Positions 12,207 through 27,126 of a stretch of 64,000 bases of DNA are shown piece after piece. Origin of the DNA: Neophaeotheca triangularis (Eukaryota); NCBI GenBank assembly GCA_054600435.1, contig BAAIJX010000020.1, forward strand, positions 310,001-374,000. The letters are read 5' to 3'. The translations under genes were made by a program, and so were the position numbers. How positions within the stretch are numbered: position 1 is the stretch's first letter; every line of letters begins with the position of its first letter. Under the pieces are notes generated by a model, which was not told where the DNA came from, made no database searches, and saw only the letters and a list, made by a program, of their open reading frames with translations.

Positions 12207-13222
12207 TCACCCTGTGTCGACGGGCGCATTAGCATATGGACTCGCCTCGAACGTAGGATCGTACTTACCGTTAGTAGTGTTGTCGCCGTCGGCCATGTCG
12301 CTAAAGCCTTCATCCATTTGGCTCTCTACATACTTTTCTCCTTGAATCACAACAGACACGAAGGACAGCTTCTTCGTCTCGCGGGTCTTTACGGGACAAA
12401 TCATAATTCTTTCCACGAGAGCATTGCTGCCAGACTTGGGCTTGTCGAACCAAATCCGGCGGGGCTTGTGGATGAGCTGGACGTCATTGTTAAACGACAT
12501 GATTTCGGGAATGGTCCTGGGTGCTTCTTTGTGCTGATGTTTGCCCCCAGGTGAGAGATGCTCGATGAAATTGGCGAGCGAGTCGAACACGCCAACCGAG
12601 AAGTCGTCGACACCGTGCGTGTTTGTGACTCGGGCATTCGTCGCGGAGCCTCCAGAATAGATGATCTCGGTGTTCCCCATCGTGCGACGCCAGCTCTCCG
12701 GCCATTTGTCAGGGACATCGCAGTCCATCAGGAGAACTTTGCTAGGGGGGGAGTCGCTGATTGTGCTGACCAAGTCAAACGCATTGATGTTTTTCCTAGG
12801 ATATCCCTTGTACCTACTAATCTAGGTTGTTAGTTAGTCGCTCATGTGTTTCTTGAAGGGCTAGCAACTTACAAACACCACTCGTACCCTAGCTCATTGA
12901 AGTCGTCGTCAGAGGTGTCCAAGACAACGTCGCCGTGGAACCAGATGATGACAAGATCATCGGCAGACTTCGAGGTCATCTCGGTCTTCCAAAAATCGAC
13001 AACGGCCGCAGTCGAGGTGCCTTTCTCGAAACTGACTTCGTGCATCTCTGCATCTACAAAGTCCCCGAAACAAGCTTTGGCAGTCTGGCACTTGAGTTGG
13101 TGGGCGGTTGTTTGACGGACGCCGGAGACGGATGTCGTCGCCTCCTCGTAGTCCATGAGGTACACGTAGACATTCGCAAGAGAGAATTGCGCACACTCGC
13201 TCACTTTCACCTTATCAGGCAT
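12207..13222 (-). CDS. Hypothetical protein with divergent caspase/peptidase-C14-like fold; 2 exons joined across intron ~12872-12817
   Basis: GTAAGT donor, CTAAC branch sites and TAG acceptor join ORFs 12869-13222 and 12207-12773 in frame. Motifs DDLVIIWFHGD and SKVLLMDC resemble fungal LLI.YYAGHG...VLL.LDCC proteins. Confidence 0.55.
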
Positions 13223-13545
13223 GCTCGCGGAAGGCTTGGAAGATCGTGTGCCTAGACCGGTGTGTTGATCAGCATTCGTCTCGGTGTATTGCTAGATTCC
13301 GATGTCAAGGTAAAGATCGTGAGCTGCACGCAGATCAAAGCTCGAAGAGAGGACGGAGTAGCAGGGGCCAGAGTGAAGCTTCTGCAAACCAAGTGCCGCA
13401 ACGTTACAGTAGCCAAGAGCAAAATCTATGAGTTTATGCTTACCTCAAAAGGTAATGGGTCCACCTATAGTGGTACTTGCTATGAAGCTGAGAGTTGATA
13501 TACCGAAGGATAGCGTCTTGTCTGAGTGCTTGTGGAGTCGTATTG

Positions 13546-13577
13546 AGTAGTAGTAGTAGTAGTAGTTGTTGTTGTTG
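13546..13577. repeat. Compound (AGT)n(TGT)n microsatellite
   Basis: agtagtagtagtagtagtagttgttgttgttg read directly. Confidence 0.85.
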
Positions 13578-14868
13578 TGAAAGATGCTGAACAAGATCGG
13601 GGATGTCCGAGACAGCTAAAATTGGTGGTGTTGTTATTAGTAGAAGGGAAGAGGGAGCAGGTTGGAAGGGGAGGTGGTATTTGTAGGAAGCTTGGAGCGG
13701 ACAGAGTCCTTCCCAATTGGGCAACTGCAGGGGCCCTCAGTGCCGACATACTGAATGAGGTTTCGCAGTTTTGCAGTTCTATAGATGATAAGTGTCGGAG
13801 TGAAGAGATTGGTGTTGGCTCGCTGACTTCTTTGAAACGCAATGAGTCCCGGTGAAGGGAGCTCGAAGGATAAGGTGATTGACGTGAAATTTGACTTGAT
13901 CTTGAGATGCCGTTGACATCAACGTCAGAATGATCGGTCTTCTGGAAGGATAGAGCTGGAGAAGGCGATCAAGAGATCCCCGAGGAATAAACAATGGTAC
14001 GGTTCAAGGTGAACGTACTCTTAATAACCAGGAGCTCCAGCATGTGCGCGGCCTCCCCAAGCGCAAAGGGTGCATAGCTATTTCACTTCGTCCCTGATCT
14101 GCCCGTCGTCTGACTGTTGAGGAAAAAGGAACAGCCTCCCAGCCCCTTCATCAATGTCTTTCTATAGCTCAGTCTTAGCTTCGATAGTCAGTGAGAGCCA
14201 CCGCCCCAACTCGATGCCGGTTTGAACCAACTTACTGCTGCCTAGCTTGCCTTAGCAGAGCTAGTTGCCAGCACTACTGGCGTACATACGCTGCTTGACT
14301 ACTCTGATGTTGCACGCATTGCGGGATTGTGGGGATCTGCCTCTTGGCCGCGAGGCCGATGGTTCAAAGGGCCCAGGGACCTCAAGCAACTTCCAAAGTC
14401 TCGATAGGCGGGAAGGGCAACAAGTGTGTGCCTGATTTGCAGCTTCATCCATAGTGTTGCGGTTGGGCGAGGAGGTACCAAGTGCGCATGAGGCGGGTGA
14501 TCAGAAAGGCATGAAGATCTCAGCTAAACGCAATGCATGACCATCAGGTACTTTTGGCGCAGAGCACAAGAGAGTGTGTCGACTTCAGATCAATGGATCA
14601 TGTTACCTTTTGCTGTCGCAGACAACAATCTTCGACAGAGGTGAAGTGGAGTGGCAAGTGGGAGAGAGCACTTGCAGGCGGTCACAGAACGGCATGAGGT
14701 CGGAATTAGCGCCGGTCGGTACGGGACTGACCGAAGCTCCGACATGAAATCTTGGCCGCGCTAGCTTCATATGGGCGAAGGAAAAAGTTCAAGCTCGAGG
14801 ATTCATTCCAGGCAGAAAGGACCTTCCTAGAAATATATCGCACATTTTAAAACGCAACGGACGTCAAA

Positions 14869-17088
14869 ATGGGTGTCGGTAGACGTATGCAAAAGCAGGG
14901 GCCGCCCCCTACACTGGACGAATCCCTTGTCACCAGAAAGCGCAAGTCGGGAGCCCCCACCAACAGCGCCATCAAGAAGCAGAAAACTCAAAAGCCTGCA
15001 CAAAACGGAAAAGCCAATGGTGGACCAAAGCATGCCGCAAATTCGTCTGGAAAAGGCAAGACCAAAGGCGATTTCAAGGTGCAGCAGAAGAGTATCAAAG
15101 GTGCGCCGGCAGGGAAACCCAAGAAGGCACCGATGCCTGCAGTGAAAAACGATATCGTCGAAGATGAGGAGGGAGCTTCAGAAGGCAGCGACTTGGATGC
15201 GGAAGATCTTGAGAGCATGGATGATAGCGACGGCGGCGTGAAAGGACTGGACGTACTCGGCTCGGACGACAACGACGAGATGGACAGCGATGCCGACGAC
15301 TTTGCCAACGCGCCTTCTGACGACGACGACGTGCTGGACTCTGATCAAGAAATTCAAAAGAGGGGCATGTGGTCAGACGATGACGACTCGGATGCGGAAG
15401 AGGCGCTCACTGCAGCGAACATTGCTGGGCTGTCGCAGAGATTGGACACTGAAAGAGCACAAGATGCTGCCGAAGACGAGGCCGAACTTCAAAATGACGC
15501 TATGCAGACCAACATTGCCGACCTGGATGATGATGAGGACGGTGCGAAAGCGAACGCTCTTGCGCCCGACTTGCAAATGCTGCGGACTAGGATTACTGAG
15601 ACTGTTCGTGTGCTCAGCAACTTCAAAGAGCTCCATGACCCTTCAAGGAGCAGGGCCGACTACACCCAGGCGTTGCTGAAGGACATCTGCGCATACTACG
15701 GGTACTCCATGTTCTTGGCCGAGAAGCTGTTTTCGCTCTTTACTCCGCAAGAGGCACTAGCCTTCTTTGACGCCAATGAGTCGCCCAGACCCCTCGTGAT
15801 CCGAACCAACACCCTTCGAACCCACAGAAGAGACTTGGCGCACTCTCTCATCAACCGAGGTGTCACCCTTGAGCCCGTAGGAAAGTGGTCCAAGGTTGGC
15901 TTGCAAGTCTTCGAGTCGCAAGTCCCCTTGGGTGCTACACCCGAGTATCTTGCTGGGCAATACATTCTGCAGGCGGCATCTTCCTTCCTCCCAGTCATGG
16001 CTTTGGCGCCTCAAGAGCACGAGAGAGTCCTGGACATGGCATCTGCTCCAGGTGGAAAAGCCACTCACATGGCCGCGCTTATGCGCAACACCGGTTGCAT
16101 CTTCGCTAACGACAGCAACAAGGACCGTTCCAAGGGTCTGATCGGTAACGTTCACCGCCTAGGTGTGAAGAATACGATCGTCTGCAACTATTCCGCGCTC
16201 GAATTTCCAAAAGTCATGGGCGGTTTCGACAGAGTCTTGCTGGATGCGCCATGCTCTGGTACAGGCGTCATCGCCAAAGACGCTAGTGTCAAGACCAACA
16301 AGACCGAGGCTGACTTCCTCCGCCTGCCTCATCTCCAGAAGCAGCTTCTCCTCGCTGCAATCGACTCGGTCGACCATGCCTCCAAGACCGGAGGTTACAT
16401 TGTCTACTCGACCTGCTCCGTCACAGTGGAGGAAAACGAGCAAGTCGTCCAGTACGCCCTTAACAAGCGCCCTAATGTGAAGCTCGTCTCCACAGGCCTA
16501 ATCTTCGGCAAGGAGGGTTTTGTCAAATACTCGAGCAAGCGCTTCCACCCAAGCATGAAGGATACAAGGCGTTACTACCCTCACGCCTACAACGTCGATG
16601 GGTTCTTCGTCGCCAAATTTAAGAAGACCGGTCCCACGCCTGCGAACGCTGTCAGAGCGCAAGGCAGCGCCGAGTCGAAGGCGCAAAGCCAGCAGGTCGA
16701 CGATGACGAGGACGGCGAGTTGTACGCCGATGCCACTCCTGCCTCTTCCGGCGTCGAAGGCGGCGAGGAAGACGCGTTCGCCGACTTCGACGATGAAGAG
16801 GACGCGGAGATCATGGAGCGCAATCTTAAGAAGCACTTAAGGAGGAAGGGCATTGACCCCAAGGCTTCGAAGAGCAAGGCTGTCAAAAGCTTGAGTGTGG
16901 AAGCTGTGGAAGAGGCTCCCGCCGCGGACGGCGAGGCCGAGACTAAGGCAGCGGCTGTGCCCGGCATCACCGAGGAGAGTGTTACGACCAGCAATGGCGG
17001 TGCTTCGAAGTCTGAGAAGAAGAAGATCAAGAAGACCAAGGCGCCAAAGGATGAGGTCGCCCAGAAGAAGTTGGGGAAGAAGGCTTAG
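14869..17088 (+). CDS. NOP2: 25S rRNA (cytosine-C5)-methyltransferase Nop2
   Basis: MGVGRRMQKQGPP N-terminus, acidic region, RTNTL, GATPEYLAG, VLDMASAPGGK, FDRVLLDAPCSGTG, VYSTCS and DGFFVAK motifs. Confidence 0.97.
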   Translation: MGVGRRMQKQGPPPTLDESLVTRKRKSGAPTNSAIKKQKTQKPAQNGKANGGPKHAANSSGKGKTKGDFKVQQKSIKGAPAGKPKKAPMPAVKNDIVEDEEGASEGSDLDAEDLESMDDSDGGVKGLDVLGSDDNDEMDSDADDFANAPSDDDDVLDSDQEIQKRGMWSDDDDSDAEEALTAANIAGLSQRLDTERAQDAAEDEAELQNDAMQTNIADLDDDEDGAKANALAPDLQMLRTRITETVRVLSNFKELHDPSRSRADYTQALLKDICAYYGYSMFLAEKLFSLFTPQEALAFFDANESPRPLVIRTNTLRTHRRDLAHSLINRGVTLEPVGKWSKVGLQVFESQVPLGATPEYLAGQYILQAASSFLPVMALAPQEHERVLDMASAPGGKATHMAALMRNTGCIFANDSNKDRSKGLIGNVHRLGVKNTIVCNYSALEFPKVMGGFDRVLLDAPCSGTGVIAKDASVKTNKTEADFLRLPHLQKQLLLAAIDSVDHASKTGGYIVYSTCSVTVEENEQVVQYALNKRPNVKLVSTGLIFGKEGFVKYSSKRFHPSMKDTRRYYPHAYNVDGFFVAKFKKTGPTPANAVRAQGSAESKAQSQQVDDDEDGELYADATPASSGVEGGEEDAFADFDDEEDAEIMERNLKKHLRRKGIDPKASKSKAVKSLSVEAVEEAPAADGEAETKAAAVPGITEESVTTSNGGASKSEKKKIKKTKAPKDEVAQKKLGKKA

Positions 17089-18437
17089 TGTAATTGTACG
17101 TATGGATGGTAACTGGAGTTCTTCGCCTTCCATTGATAACGATTATCAAACGGTTTCAGATCTGGCTGACGAGCCGAGAGGAGTAAAGAAGGCCGCGAGG
17201 ATGGCCCTCGTGATTGTAAGAGCTCTCGTTCTGTATGGATTCGATTGCTTAACACGTTCTGTAGCATCAATAGTATCAGGCCACCCTCGTGGCGTACCTG
17301 AACGGCGGTAAGACCATAGGCAAGCATGTACCTGCAGACCGCCACAGGCGCATACGACAGCTGAAGAAGAGCTGAAGAAGACTTTAACTTTTGCACAAGG
17401 CGCTACTAAGCGGAGGCTTTTTCGATTCGAAAATCTTCATTGGTTGCGGATATTGACTTTCTTGGAAGCGAGACCACGTGGATTTCAGAGATCCAGCAAG
17501 GCTTATTTCAGCTCCCAGCTAACCACCGTGCATGCTACTCGACTGCTCCTTACTTTCAAACGCTATCTCCGCAAGCCTGCGTTCACCGAGCACTTACAAC
17601 TTTACGCCTTCGACCCCTCACTGTCTGCTCGCCTAGATCTGTACAATACGAATGGAAGTTTTGCGCCTCCTGTCCACAGCTCTACGCCTTTGTCCATCCT
17701 GGGCTATCGGACTACTTGAATTCAGGACCAACGTTGCCATCTAGACCGCTCCATACGCCACACAGAAGTGTTTCTACCTCGAGCTTGCGCGACTTCCTGT
17801 GAAAAAGGAAGCGCCTGCGAAGTAACTAGGCCGGCGAACGCACGAATGAGTCGGTTCACTGTTCCAAGGCCTGAAGTTGTTGTGACCTAACCCTCTCCAA
17901 CGCGGATTGAAGGTAAAGGAAAGCACTTCGGCCACCACTTCTTCTCTTACATTAGATGGCGACTCAGCACTGTTACTAGCCGTTGCGAGGCTCGAGGGGC
18001 CTTTCTTGAGGTCGAAGTAAATCCAAGGGAGACGTTTTGCTAGCGGAGCTCCCAGCGTTGGCTCAGCTGCCAAACTCTTACCCCAGATCGCACCATGTGG
18101 TAGCGTGGCTACCCGGACTCCTCGCGTGGGTCAAACCACTCCAACTCCCCAGCCAGCCCAAGCCAAAGCATGAAGGTATTATGGTTCAGTAGAACCGTTC
18201 TAAAACACGAGCACCCTGACTTCCCGTTTTGGCGAGCTGAAGATGGCTACATCTTCATGGAGACCGTGACTCTGGGATGCATGCGCTTGACCAAGAGGCC
18301 TAGGATCAGGTGAAGATGAGATCCAGGGTATAAAGTTAGACGAGACGTTCGTCTTTTCATCGTTTTGATCTCCAGCCTTCTAGCGTAACCCCTTCGCAAG
18401 CTACCTGACAGAGACATCAATCGCGCTCAGCTTCACA

Positions 18438-19954
18438 ATGCCCGGAATGCGTTCGCTCGTTGCGACGTCGCTTTTGTTCCTCCGCTTGGCTCTGGCCGCA
18501 CCCAATCCAAACCCTTTGCCGCAAGCTATCGACTTCGATTTGATTGATTCCGTGCCAGACCCCACTGCGCTTGGTCCCGAACCGGATGAAACCATCGACG
18601 TTGTCCCGTATGACAGGAAGTCAGCCTTAGCCGCGGCATCGGCCCAGGTCCTCGCCACTGCAGTACCCGACGTGCCCGCCGGGAAGGTCAAGCGTATCGT
18701 TGTTGCTGATGCCCCGAGCTGTGAACTAGCGGAGTAAGCTTAGAAATGTTCCCATGTCGAGGTTTCTCTTGCTTACACAATATCAGAAGCGACAAGGCAG
18801 CCTACTCTGCAGATGCCCAGGGAGCTGTCGCACCTCAAGGCTACCGCGAATCTTTCCGCGACCTGCAGGCCAGCGTTGAATCAATCGGCTACATGGGCCT
18901 ACGAACGCTCACCGCGTACGATCCAAACCTCTGCGCAGTCCACTGCAAGTCGGGAGAAGGCTGTGTTGCTTTCACCATCTTCCACGAAGACAATACTTGC
19001 TCGAATCCGCCTTCACAGCAAACGAAGTGCACTTTGTACGGCTTCCCCGTCTCTGCCTCCTCGGCTACCAACAAGGGCCAAGGAAGTATCAAGATTGCCG
19101 GCTCCAACGGATACACGCGAGATCCCATCAGCCCAAGCATCACAAAATACCAGCCCCCCACACCACTGACATGCGCCATCAACGCACCTCTGGACCCAGT
19201 CACTGGCAAGAACACTTTCGTAGGCTCCACCGCTTTCAAAACCAACCAGGATCCAGCCCAGTGCGCCGCAGTTTGCAACACTCACAACCAATTCCACGCA
19301 TCCCGGCCCAACCCTACTGACGGAACTTACCCGGCTTGCAACTTCTTCAACTCTTACATCCTATACAAGAACGGCGCTGCCGAAAGCCTCGTCTGCAGCA
19401 TGTACTCCCGCGTCTGGGACAACTCGTTTACAAAAAACTGCGGTCAATTCCGCGGCAAAGACCAATACACCATTGGGCAATCGGCCGGCTATGCTCTCGC
19501 CGAACCTCTACCAGGCGGCTGCAAAGCGCCGCAGACATGGAACGGCAAAGCGTGCGTAGCGCCGCCGCCGCCGCCGTCGCCGCCCACAGGCGAGAACGCA
19601 GCTTGCGTGGGCGCAACGTGCGGTAGCACCCGCTGCAACAGCGACCCCAGCAACTGCTTCTGCGTGGAGACGACCGAGGGCGTTGGACGCTGCTTGAGGA
19701 GCGGAGCGGCGCCCTGCGGAAGGGGCTGCGCCCTTTCGTCGGAATGCTCGTCTGACGAGATATGTGTGCACAATACGTGCTGTGGCTACTCCAACTGCGT
19801 GAAGAACACTGGGCCTCAATGCGGGAATCCTCAGAGGGTGTTCTCCAGGGTCGCGAAGGATCTTTCATCGAGGCAAGAAGGCAGGGACTCTAATTTCGGC
19901 GCTTGGGACGAGGAAGTCGGTGCTATTGTGCCAGGCAAGATGGCCGAGGAGTAG
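18438..19954 (+). CDS. Secreted Cys-rich protein with two PAN/apple-like modules, Pro linker and C-terminal Cys-knot-like domain; intron 18734-18786
   Basis: Signal peptide, KR site, repeated YDP..CA..C....C..F pattern, PPPPPSPP linker and a 14-Cys tail. Splicing joins ORFs 18438 and 18746 in frame. Confidence 0.75.
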
Positions 19955-20565
19955 TGTGTTATGATAAGACACAAAACGCTGGGAGTGGTTTTGCGGCCGT
20001 CTGGCTAGGAGCTGAAGCTCAAGACGGATGATTTGGATGACGGAGTTTCCTCTTTTCAATGTCTCGAACCGATGGGTTCTGTAAGGTTCGTAGTTCTTGC
20101 AACGCAACTTTTACCTGCTATGTACTGTCAGCTCGCTTCACTTTTCTTGGAGGTCGCCACATCTCTCTGAAGAATGGGGCTTTCGCGCTCTAACTCTCTC
20201 GCTCTGCGCCTCTCCACGTTCGTGGCCCATCCCAAATGTTCCCTAGATGATTTGATCTGGGTCCGCCGTACACCTCGGTCTGTCATTACACTGAAACACA
20301 AGGATGAGTAGAGAGACCTACGAATATGCATCCAGAGCAGTAAGACCCTTGTGACCGGGAGACGTTTCAAGAAAGGAATAGAAACAATAGGACAAAGCTC
20401 CCAAAAGCGTCCCCAGCGTCTTGCTCCTCACATGCAAGACGCACGCAAGCAACAAACAAGCAACGCCTATGAGTAAAACGTTCACAGACATGATCGCAGA
20501 CCAAGCCAGATCGGCTTCAAGGCATGCAGGTGCTCCACGAAAGTGCCTGTCCCCCATGACAATAC

Positions 20566-22358
20566 TCAAGCAACCTTGACCCTCATAGGCATCCCCTCTC
20601 TCGGCTTCGCAGTCCCGATCAACACTTGAAAAGCCTCCTCGCCATCAACCACCAACCCACCCTCCCGGAACCTCGGATCCTTGGCAAAAAAGCTCCCATC
20701 CCTCGCCAAACCCCCTCCTCCCTCCACAGCAGCGCCGAAATCCGCTTCAAAGTCAAACTCCCTCGCCAACAAGGCCAAAATCACCTTGGTCTCAATCAAC
20801 GCCAGGTCTTGACCTATGCAGTTTCGCGCGCCCTTTTCAAAAGGCCGCCAGGCGTTTTCGGGCATCAGGTGCGAGTTTTCCGGGAGGAAGCGCTCGGGGA
20901 GGAAGAGCTTGGCGCTTGGGCCGAAGAGGCTCTCGTCGCGGTGCATGGCGTGGTGCACGATCCAGATCAGGGCGCCTTCTGTGGGGAGCGGCTGCCCGGT
21001 TTGCGGGTCGTGGGTCGCGAGGTTCCGGTCGCCTGCGCGCGTCGAAGAGGTCGGGGGGAAGAGGCGGAGCACTTCCTTTGTGACTGCTAGGGTGTATTCG
21101 AGTTTGTTCAGGATGTGGGGGTTGGTTTTGATGGTTTCGGCGGTTGTGGAGACGGGGCCGAGGATCTGGTCGTGTTCGGCGCGGAGGCGGGCTAGGGCCT
21201 TGGGGTTTTTGGAGAGCATGTAGGCGGCGTAGCAGATGGTGCTGCTGGTGGTGTCGTGGCCGGCGAACATGAAGGTGCGGATGTGGACGCAGGCTTTGGC
21301 TTTGAAGGTTTCGTCCATTTTGGGCGGGCCGCTGGTTGGTGGGGCTATACCTTTCTCTTCGAGGTAGGTCTCTAGGGCCAGGTCGATGATCGCACGAGCC
21401 CTTTGCTTATCGCCGCTCTTCTTCTCAGTGCCGGTGTTGGTCTTTTCTTGGACACTGCGTTGCGAGAAGCGCTCTTCTAGTAGGTTGCCAATGTACTCAT
21501 TCATTATCCTGTTATTCCGCCAGCGCTTATAGATTCCCGCTGGGGTGTACATGGAAAAGGGGTTCAACCAGTTATTCGGCAGCAGATGCACTTGCTCCCT
21601 GAGTGCCGTTACGAACGGGTTGTCACCCCTTTGCGTATCGAGGTTAGTATCCAACGTCATGCGTCCGATAATATCAACGGTCAAGCGGGTAGCATCCTCT
21701 TCCATCCTGAAAGGGTTGCCCTCCCCGGCATATTCCCTCATCTTCTCGGTAAAGACAACGCTCGCATCCACAACCATCGGCACGAGCGTCATGAGATGGC
21801 TCGCCGCGAAACCGGGATTGAACACGGATCGCCATTTCTTCCACACGGGCCCATCGCTCGAGACCATATCTTCGGGACCCGCGAGGATGCTCATGAACCA
21901 TTGCATGGCTTTGTGCTTTCGCGCTTCACGCTCGACGGTGATTTGGGCGGCAATGTCCGGGTCAAAGACATAGAAGATTGGATCGGCAAACGGCCAGAGA
22001 TCGACGTAGAAGTAACGGGTTTGGATGCTGTGTTTTTCCTTGAGTAAGAGGCATAGGGAATGTGGATGAGACATGTAGGGCTGTGTGGTTGCTACTTCTC
22101 CCATCACTTTGAGGTGGCCCCAGAGCCAGGAGTGGCCGGGTGGACCGGGCTGATAGTAAATTGCGTTAGTGATGGCTGAGAATCGCTTCTATTGTCGCCG
22201 GAAAACGTAGCTGGACTCACCAGGTTGCGATACTTCTTGCGAATATTGTAGCCCTTTGCCAGCGAGCGAACGAGCGTGGCGACGACGAAGAGCCCAAGGG
22301 CAGAGGCGACACTCAGATACCTCCGTTCCACAAACGTCTCGAATATGGTGATATGCAT
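20566..22358 (-). CDS. Cytochrome P450 (StcS/AflN-like); exons 22358-22221 and 22149-20566
   Basis: N-terminal TM, PGPPGHSWLWGHL, FAGHDTT, KEVLR, PERF and heme motif FEKGARNCIG. Confidence 0.95.
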
Positions 22359-23142
22359 CTTGTCGCCGGCAGTAGCTTCGAACGGGGCAATAGAAAGCAG
22401 TCGATTTTATATATATATAGCCGAGCTGAGGCTGACGTCAAAGTGAGAGTCGGAAGCTTGGGTGAAGGGCAAAGATATACCGCGGATCAGACGAGGCTGA
22501 GAGCAAACAATCAGCGAGCTGGCTGTCAGCAGTTCGCTCGAGCTTTCACTTGCGGGAGTCGAGACAGCCGAAATGCCCAACGCCTAGCATAAGCCCAGGC
22601 TGGCGAGAAGTGACTTGGCGACTTGTGGGCAATCCTCACAGCACCCGACCTCGCCCTCGCGGCGGTCGAGATAGCGTAGGTAGCCTCACGCTCAAGTAAA
22701 GCAGCACAAGGCTGAACCTCTTCTCTGCAGCAAGTCTGCAGTCAGCCAACCAGTCACAACCCTCCACGATTCTTTCCAGCCGCTCGGGAAACGCTTTAGC
22801 GAGCTCGAAGGAATGTGGCTGCTCGCTCTCGGTCACAGAAGAGGGGAGTGGAATCGCGTTCGCGCAATGTCACAGCTCGTAGGCCAGGGGGGTACGAAGG
22901 TGAAGTCTTGAGAATAATACTTGGAACTGGCACTTTTGCACTTTTGTGCGGTCGCTGCGTTTGCTTGGGTGGACCTCACTTTCCTGTATGAACGTTGGAC
23001 CCACCTTTATCGTTATGATGCGTCGGAAACGAGTTTGAAGACCCTAGATATAGTAAGAAGACTCGGTGAACATCGGGCGCCAAAAACATTGCCCTATTAC
23101 TCCTTGATACTTACGTGGAACGAACCACTAGCACCATTCCCC

Positions 23143-25184
<2,042 letters not shown>

Positions 25185-25640
25185 GTTTGCGGATCTTGCT
25201 GAACATCAAGGGGATGGTGGGGGGAGTAATGGGTAGGGGTGTTGGGAATGTACCAAGACGTACCCAAAGGAGGAGCAGAAAGGTACCTGGACAGGGACTG
25301 AAGAGAGAAGAGAGCTGTTGCTGACTTATCGGGTGTAACGTACCTACCTATGGTGCCTAGGTACATCATGAGGTACCTACCTATCTAGGTATATACCTTA
25401 GCAAGAGCATTGTTGATACCCCGCAGGGAAAAGGCATTGTCTGGTCCATCTCGTTAGGCTTACGGTACTTTGAGCTGGTGAAGTCGCAAAGCTGACCCCT
25501 CGCCAAGCGTCGCCTTTGGTGAAGACAGGAGACAGGCTGGACCCTGCAAGGAAGAAGAAGATCCGCAGTAGGCATTGTCTTATCTAATCTCCGTCCATCT
25601 TATCGCTTCCGTTAACGCCCAGGCTTCCAATCCCCAAGCT

Positions 25641-25670
25641 CCACGTCCACGTCCACGTCCACGTCCACGT
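25641..25670. repeat. (CCACGT)5 tandem repeat upstream of TRS33
   Basis: Five perfect units. Confidence 0.95.
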
Positions 25671-25770
25671 CCCATTCATACCCACCGTCTCCACCGCGTC
25701 CATTCGCACCTAGGACATCGACCAGCAGCAAAACACCCCAAAAGTTCCCCCCTAAAAGAAAGCAGGAGAA

Positions 25771-26735
25771 ATGTCCAAAACAACCCCTCTTTCCGACTAC
25801 AGCGACCCTGACCCCAGAGCCTCAGCCACATGCCTCGACCTCCTTCTAATCGAGCTCGTACCCCTCGCATACCGTATAACGGAACAGTTGCACGCGCGGG
25901 ACCAAGCGTTGATCGCGCAATTGCAGCGGAGTAAGCTCGACACCGGCAGCACGCAGTGGGGCGCGAGCGCAGGAGGTTTGGGGGAGAAGGCTGGCGTTGA
26001 GAGTGCGAGGGAATCGGAGGGGATGGGCGGTGCTGGTGGTTTGGGAGAGGGTTTGGAGGGGGAGACCCGCGATAAGGTGTTTTGGCGGTTGGATAACATG
26101 GGGTATCGGGTTGGACAGGGGTTGGCTGAGCGGTAGGTAGGTTCCTGCGAACGACCATGAAAGCACAGCAACGACGACGACACGACACCAGTGAACGAAG
26201 CACAGAGAGAGATAGAGAGAGGTGGGGGGGGGAGAGAAAGAGAGGAAAAGATCCCCACGGCTGATACGTGCCAGTTTCTCAACCAACAAACCCCGCCCCC
26301 AAACCGCTCTCGACGCCATCAAATTCGTCTGCAAAGACCTCTGGCAGCTAATCTTCCGCAAACCAATCGACAATCTCAAAACCAACCACCGCGGCATCTT
26401 CGTGCTGACCGACAATCGTTTCCAACCGCTAAGCCGCATGAGCGTGGACCGCAGGGCCGGGGCTAGAGCTTTTGAGGAAGCCATGAGGATGGCGCAGGCG
26501 GTGAGTTCCTTTGCCAGCTAGCCAGCCTTTTTACCCCTCCCTGCCTGTTGGGTTTGGGCTTTGTGTGTCTGGAGTTTTTGACGTGGCTGACGGCTTGTTT
26601 TAGTACATGTATTTCCCTTGTGGAATCATACGGGGCGCGCTGGCGAGCCTGGGGCTGGATGTTACCGTTACGGCCGAGTCTACTGAGTTGCCCATGGGGA
26701 CTTTTCATATCAAGACTAGAGGGGCTAAGCCGTGA
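25771..26735 (+). CDS. TRS33: TRAPP complex subunit Trs33/TRAPPC6; 3 exons (25771-26132, 26275-26500, 26604-26735)
   Basis: GYRVGQGLAER|FS, IKFVCKDLW...F.KPIDNLKTNHRGIFVLTDNRF and FPCGIIRGAL. Confidence 0.93.
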
Positions 26736-27126
26736 GGACTGGTGTTTTGGTGGGAAATGAGATGATAGCGGTCCGGTAGAAGCTGGCATTTGGTATCAAC
26801 GTGGACTCCAAGCTCCGTCACTTGCTGGAGAGCGCGGGCATGACGGCTGGGAGGGATTGCGCTAGAATGTGAGTTGTTCGGATGGGAGAGGAAGATGGGA
26901 AAATACAGCCAAGCTTCGGGAGATCAGAAAGAATGGCAGGAGCAGACGGATCAAGCAAGGTCTAGCACAAGGCAGAAGGTGAAGTGGACGAGAGTAATGT
27001 ACCATCCAGCGTCCTACAAAAGCACGCACGCTATGCAGAAATAATAGACTAGAAATTGAGATATCATACCGTCATCAGACATCATGTCACCCCTTCTCAA
27101 TCCAACCCCGGCGCAGGCGCAGGCGG

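Noticed and set aside
17400..18100. Short ORFs between NOP2 and the secreted Cys-rich gene
   Set aside because: No ATG-initiated frame with recognisable motifs or consistent splice signals.
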